Shown here: positions 60,477 to 64,000 of the stretch, piece after piece | Numbering within the stretch: position 1 is the stretch's first letter | How the letters are laid out: the number at the start of each line of letters is the position of its first letter | Origin: Carpediemonas membranifera BICM | Taxonomy: Eukaryota; Protista; Fornicata | NCBI GenBank assembly: GCA_019828565.1 | Contig: JAHDYR010000069.1 | Coordinates: 186,001-250,000 of the forward strand | DNA length: 64,000 nucleotides | Direction: 5' to 3' | Made by a program: the position numbers and the translations under genes | The notes under the pieces: generated by a model | What the model saw: the letters and a program-made list of their open reading frames with translations, nothing else | Told to the model about the DNA's origin: nothing | Database searches by the model: none

Positions 60477-62964
60477 TCATTTATTCTGGGCATTCACGGT
60501 GTACCACCCCGGCGCGCTCAGTGAATTCGTGCGGTACGTCGCTGTGATCGTATTCATCGCGACGAGAGCAGCCTCCCTTTCCTGCTCGCTAAGAGTCGCC
60601 CATCCTGGCGCTGCGGGGAGAGTGTATCTAATCGTCCCGATCGATGACTGGGGGTCTGCAAGCGTCGTCAGGCCGGGCGCGCTGGCGTTCGCGAACGTGC
60701 CGATCTCGAGGTTGTGAACGGCGCTCTCCGTGTACATCTCGGTCGAGACGCTATCGGGCAGCGCAGTAACAACCTCCGCGAAGGTGGGGCGGTCGCGCGG
60801 GTCAGGCGCCACGCAGCGGCGGATCAGCTCGCCCACGGCCGCCGGCCCGCGGTGATCGTCGGCCTGTAGCCAGCCCGCACGTGCGCACGGATGGCGATGT
60901 CGAGCCCGAGGCGCTCCTGGCGGTACGGGATGTCGCGCGCGGCGATCTCCCAGAGCGTGATGCCGAAGGCGTAGACGTCGGCCTTCTCGCCGCCCACGCC
61001 GTCGAAGCGCTCGGGCGCCATCCACGGCCACGAGCCCTCGACATCCGCCACGCACTGATCAAGTCGCGCGGTCAGCCCGAAGTCGCTGATCTTGGCGCTG
61101 CCCTTTACGACGAGCACGTTGAGCGACTTGAGGTCCCTGTGCTCGTAGCCCTCGCCGACGATGAACGCCATGGCCGCCGCGATGTCGCGTGCGAACTTCA
61201 GCCGCATGTCCCAGGGCAGGTCGGCCTTCGAGAGCAGCAGCGCCGAGAGCGACCCCGACGCGAGCTCGAGCGCGAGCCTGATCTCGCGGTCACCTTGCTC
61301 AAGGGCATACAACGCGATGACGTGCCTGTGTCGCAGCTGCTTGTGGACGAAGATCTCGTTCTGGAGTCGGTCGGCCTGCATCGCGTTCAGGTCGGCCCGC
61401 GCGACGACCTTGACGGCACACTCAGCGCCGCCGTACGTGCCGCGGAAGACAGATGCCATGCCACCTTCGCCAATGCGGTCGGCCTGGCTGAACGCGATGT
61501 TGCCCGCCGGCTTCGTGATGTCCGCGCTGAGATCGGGCTGCACGAGCGGCTCGGGCTCCTCTCCAGCGCCTCCTTGACGCGGCCTCTGAGCGCGGGCATC
61601 GGGTCTTTGGCGAGCGACTTCATCGGCTGGAGGCGGGCGAGGTCGGCTTTCAGCGCAAGTACACCCTCATGTGACCCCGCGGGAGACCCCGTCTTCCTCA
61701 TCTGCGACTCGACCTGGACAACAATACTCTTTGGCATGACCCCTGAGCGTCTCGAAGCACTCACCGCTGCCGATGCTCCAGAGCTTGATTGTGTCGTCGT
61801 CAGACCCAGAGGCGAGGGTCCTGCCGTCGGGAGAAAAAGCAACTGCGAGAACACTTCCATTGTGGTCTAGGAAGTGCGCAGCGCACTCCCAGGTCCTGGT
61901 GCCCCAGAGTCTGATTGTGTTGTCCCTCGACCCAGAGGCCAGCAGAGTGCCGTCTGGGGAGAAAGTGACGCTGAATACAAAATCCTCATGCCCGCGCAGG
62001 CTTGGTCTGGGTCGGCCTGACACAAGCACCAGAACCTCCTTGTCCGCCGTGCCAACGACAACAGTTCTCCCGTCGTGAGAGATTGTGACAGATAAAGATT
62101 CAGTCGCGCGTTTGGCCAGGTGCGGTGGCATGCTGATGCATTTGCCACTGGCCACGTCCCATTGTCTTGAGATTCGCCCACGGGAGACCGAGAAGAGGGT
62201 GCGGCCCTCAGCGGGGAAGGCGAAGCTGTTCACTTCATCATTGTCCCCATTCAACGTCTTCATCAGCCTGCCAGAGGCCACGTCCCACAGTATGATAAAT
62301 GCGTCAGTCCCGCCCTAGGCGATGGTCGACCCGTCCGGGGAGACGGCGATGCAGAAAACATCATCTCCATGGTCCATTCTCATGATGCACCGTCCCATCG
62401 TATTCCACAGCCTGATGCTGTTGTCGAAAGAAGCAGTGACCATGGTGCCGTCAGAGAGGAATGCCGCGCCTGCAACCCGGCTACTATGCCCTTCAAGGGT
62501 CTGGATACATCCACCGTCTATCTTCGCATTCCATGTAGCAAGTGCTCGGTCAAGTCGGCTTGGTTTGTCAGCAACAAGAACGCCTTGGGTCATCGTGACA
62601 GTGAGGTCGGGGTCGGTCAGCCTCATGCTGAACTCGCCGGGGAACGCCAGTGCATCCAGTGTTTCGAGGTGGTCGAGGACGCGGCTGAGGTCTGTTGCAG
62701 TGAGAGGCGAAGCGCCACTGGGCTTGAGGTGGAGCTTGTGCTCTGGGGAGAAGGCGTGTTTCGTGACATCTAGCAGCATGTTGTCTACTGCTATACAGTC
62801 ACTGCTATATGAGATTTTTGGGGAGGACGCACCATTGCTGAGAAGCACTGTGTGAGCGACAAAAACAGTGTAGGCATCATCACTGCTCTACAACAACGAG
62901 GGAACGAACCATCTAGGTAATAGTAACAACGGGGAACGTACTTTCTTCACCGTCGAGCCTTCAT
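60477..62964 (-). pseudogene. WD40 + TKL kinase gene disrupted by nonsense codons and frameshifts
   Basis: TAG at 62315-17 in TIA*GGTD where Ser is expected, a likely TGA at 62947-49, and frame changes near 61725, 61560 and 60845. The kinase motifs IGEGGMASV, HRDLKSLN, DFG and WMAPE remain. Confidence 0.85.
62848..62909 (-). other. Probable spliceosomal intron, 62 nt
   Basis: GTTCGT...CTCACACAG matches the local consensus; joins an ATG exon (62964-62910) in frame. Confidence 0.65.
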
Positions 62965-63223
62965 CTGTCAATCACCTTTCTCACTCGCAGCGCGTCCAAA
63001 CCTGCTCGACTCAACCACAGTCGCTGGCACCAGAGTCACGATGTCCGCCCACCCATGCCTGGCGACTGATGAGCGCCCCTATTCAGCGGCCCCGAGTTTA
63101 CCCTGGTCGGTTGGCTGGATCTGAGACCCACCCTTGAGCTACCCAACCTTTCTCTCACAATTCTTTACCCTGCAAACGACCTCACAGCCTTTATATACAC
63201 CCCAACCGTAACACCCAACCCGC

Positions 63224-64000
63224 TTACATGTCAAAGTGGAAATATTTGTACCACACCGCGTACTTGAGCCGAGTGATAAGGGAGTTCATCGCAACAGTCG
63301 CCTTGCCGCTCTTACTATACTCCACAAACAACGTCTTCTTCCCCAAGTAAATGAGGTGAGGGTATGTATCAACACCCACGTCCGCGTACTCCTTCCCCCG
63401 CTCCATCTGGGGGAACCGGCCCCTGTGTGCCAGAGTCTCTTGACCTCGACTAGGCTCCTTCATCACCTGCTTTCGTACCACTGCCATGTTTCGTGCCGCG
63501 AGCTTGGCTTGAGCATCCATGTAGTGAACGAAGTTGCAGTCGGACTTGTCGTCTATGCGGGCACATGAACCAACTGCCCAGACGAACGGGACGGGCTTGT
63601 CGCCCACTAGAACGTTCAGGTGAGTGTCTACGTCCACAGTGCGGCCCATGGGCTGGTCTTCCACCTCTGGTGCCATACTGACAGTGATGTCTGGGGCAGT
63701 AAAGGTCCCAGCGGCCCAGACCACGACGTCCGCGTCAATAGTCTTCTCTTCTGGTACTGCGCCCTCCTCCTCGGCGGGCACCATATATGTGAGGCCGCCT
63801 TCTTTTGGCTGGATGTTGGTGACGTTAGGGTGCACGTCAACGCCGAGCTTGGAGACGGCAGTGTCTACCTGCTTGCGGGTCTTCTTGGGAAGCTTCTCTG
63901 CTGCAAGGACCTCGCTGCTTCTGCTGAGAATGCTGACCTTCGCCTCGGGGCACTGCTTGGCGATGTACGTGGCGTACTCGATGCCTGTCGCACCCGAGCC
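63224..64000 (-). CDS. FAD/NAD(P)H oxidoreductase, AIFM2/FSP1- or NDH-2-like, 3' part (runs off window end)
   Basis: The frame is open to 64000: GSGATGIEYATYI..CPEAKVSIL, IDADVVVWAAG, VDVDTHL.V, VWAVGSCA and AQAKLAARN. Confidence 0.82.
   Translation of the reverse strand, partial: GSGATGIEYATYIAKQCPEAKVSILSRSSEVLAAEKLPKKTRKQVDTAVSKLGVDVHPNVTNIQPKEGGLTYMVPAEEEGAVPEEKTIDADVVVWAAGTFTAPDITVSMAPEVEDQPMGRTVDVDTHLNVLVGDKPVPFVWAVGSCARIDDKSDCNFVHYMDAQAKLAARNMAVVRKQVMKEPSRGQETLAHRGRFPQMERGKEYADVGVDTYPHLIYLGKKTLFVEYSKSGKATVAMNSLITRLKYAVWYKYFHFDM

Overview
Gene-dense eukaryotic DNA, moderately GC-rich, with about 30 genes and very short intergenic spacers. Genes include TOP1, PRP8, an ATR/Mec1-like PIKK, Nup98-96, Nup160, PME-1, CDT2, TAF8, RPA1, a CIPK-like kinase, gamma-SNAP, DAD1, LC8, CFAP52, CEP104 and TMEM107. 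Three bacterial-type metabolic genes (gldA, pyruvate kinase, deoD-type PNP) each carry an intron. Eight spliceosomal introns can be reconstructed by hand (seven of 29-34 nt, one of 62 nt), with GTTYGT-type donors and a branch A fixed at -6 from the 3' end. This, the flagellar genes and the divergent proteins suggest a flagellated metamonad/fornicate such as Carpediemonas (inference only). The standout is 33005-34710: a frameshifted Fanzor1-type (eukaryotic TnpB-like, RNA-guided RuvC nuclease) gene with all three catalytic residues intact. It is bracketed by two diverged direct-repeat copies of a roughly 115-135 nt double-hairpin sequence that look like omegaRNA scaffolds with different downstream (guide) sequences. 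About 750 bp downstream begins a recent 1.83-kb inverted duplication of a kinesin gene.
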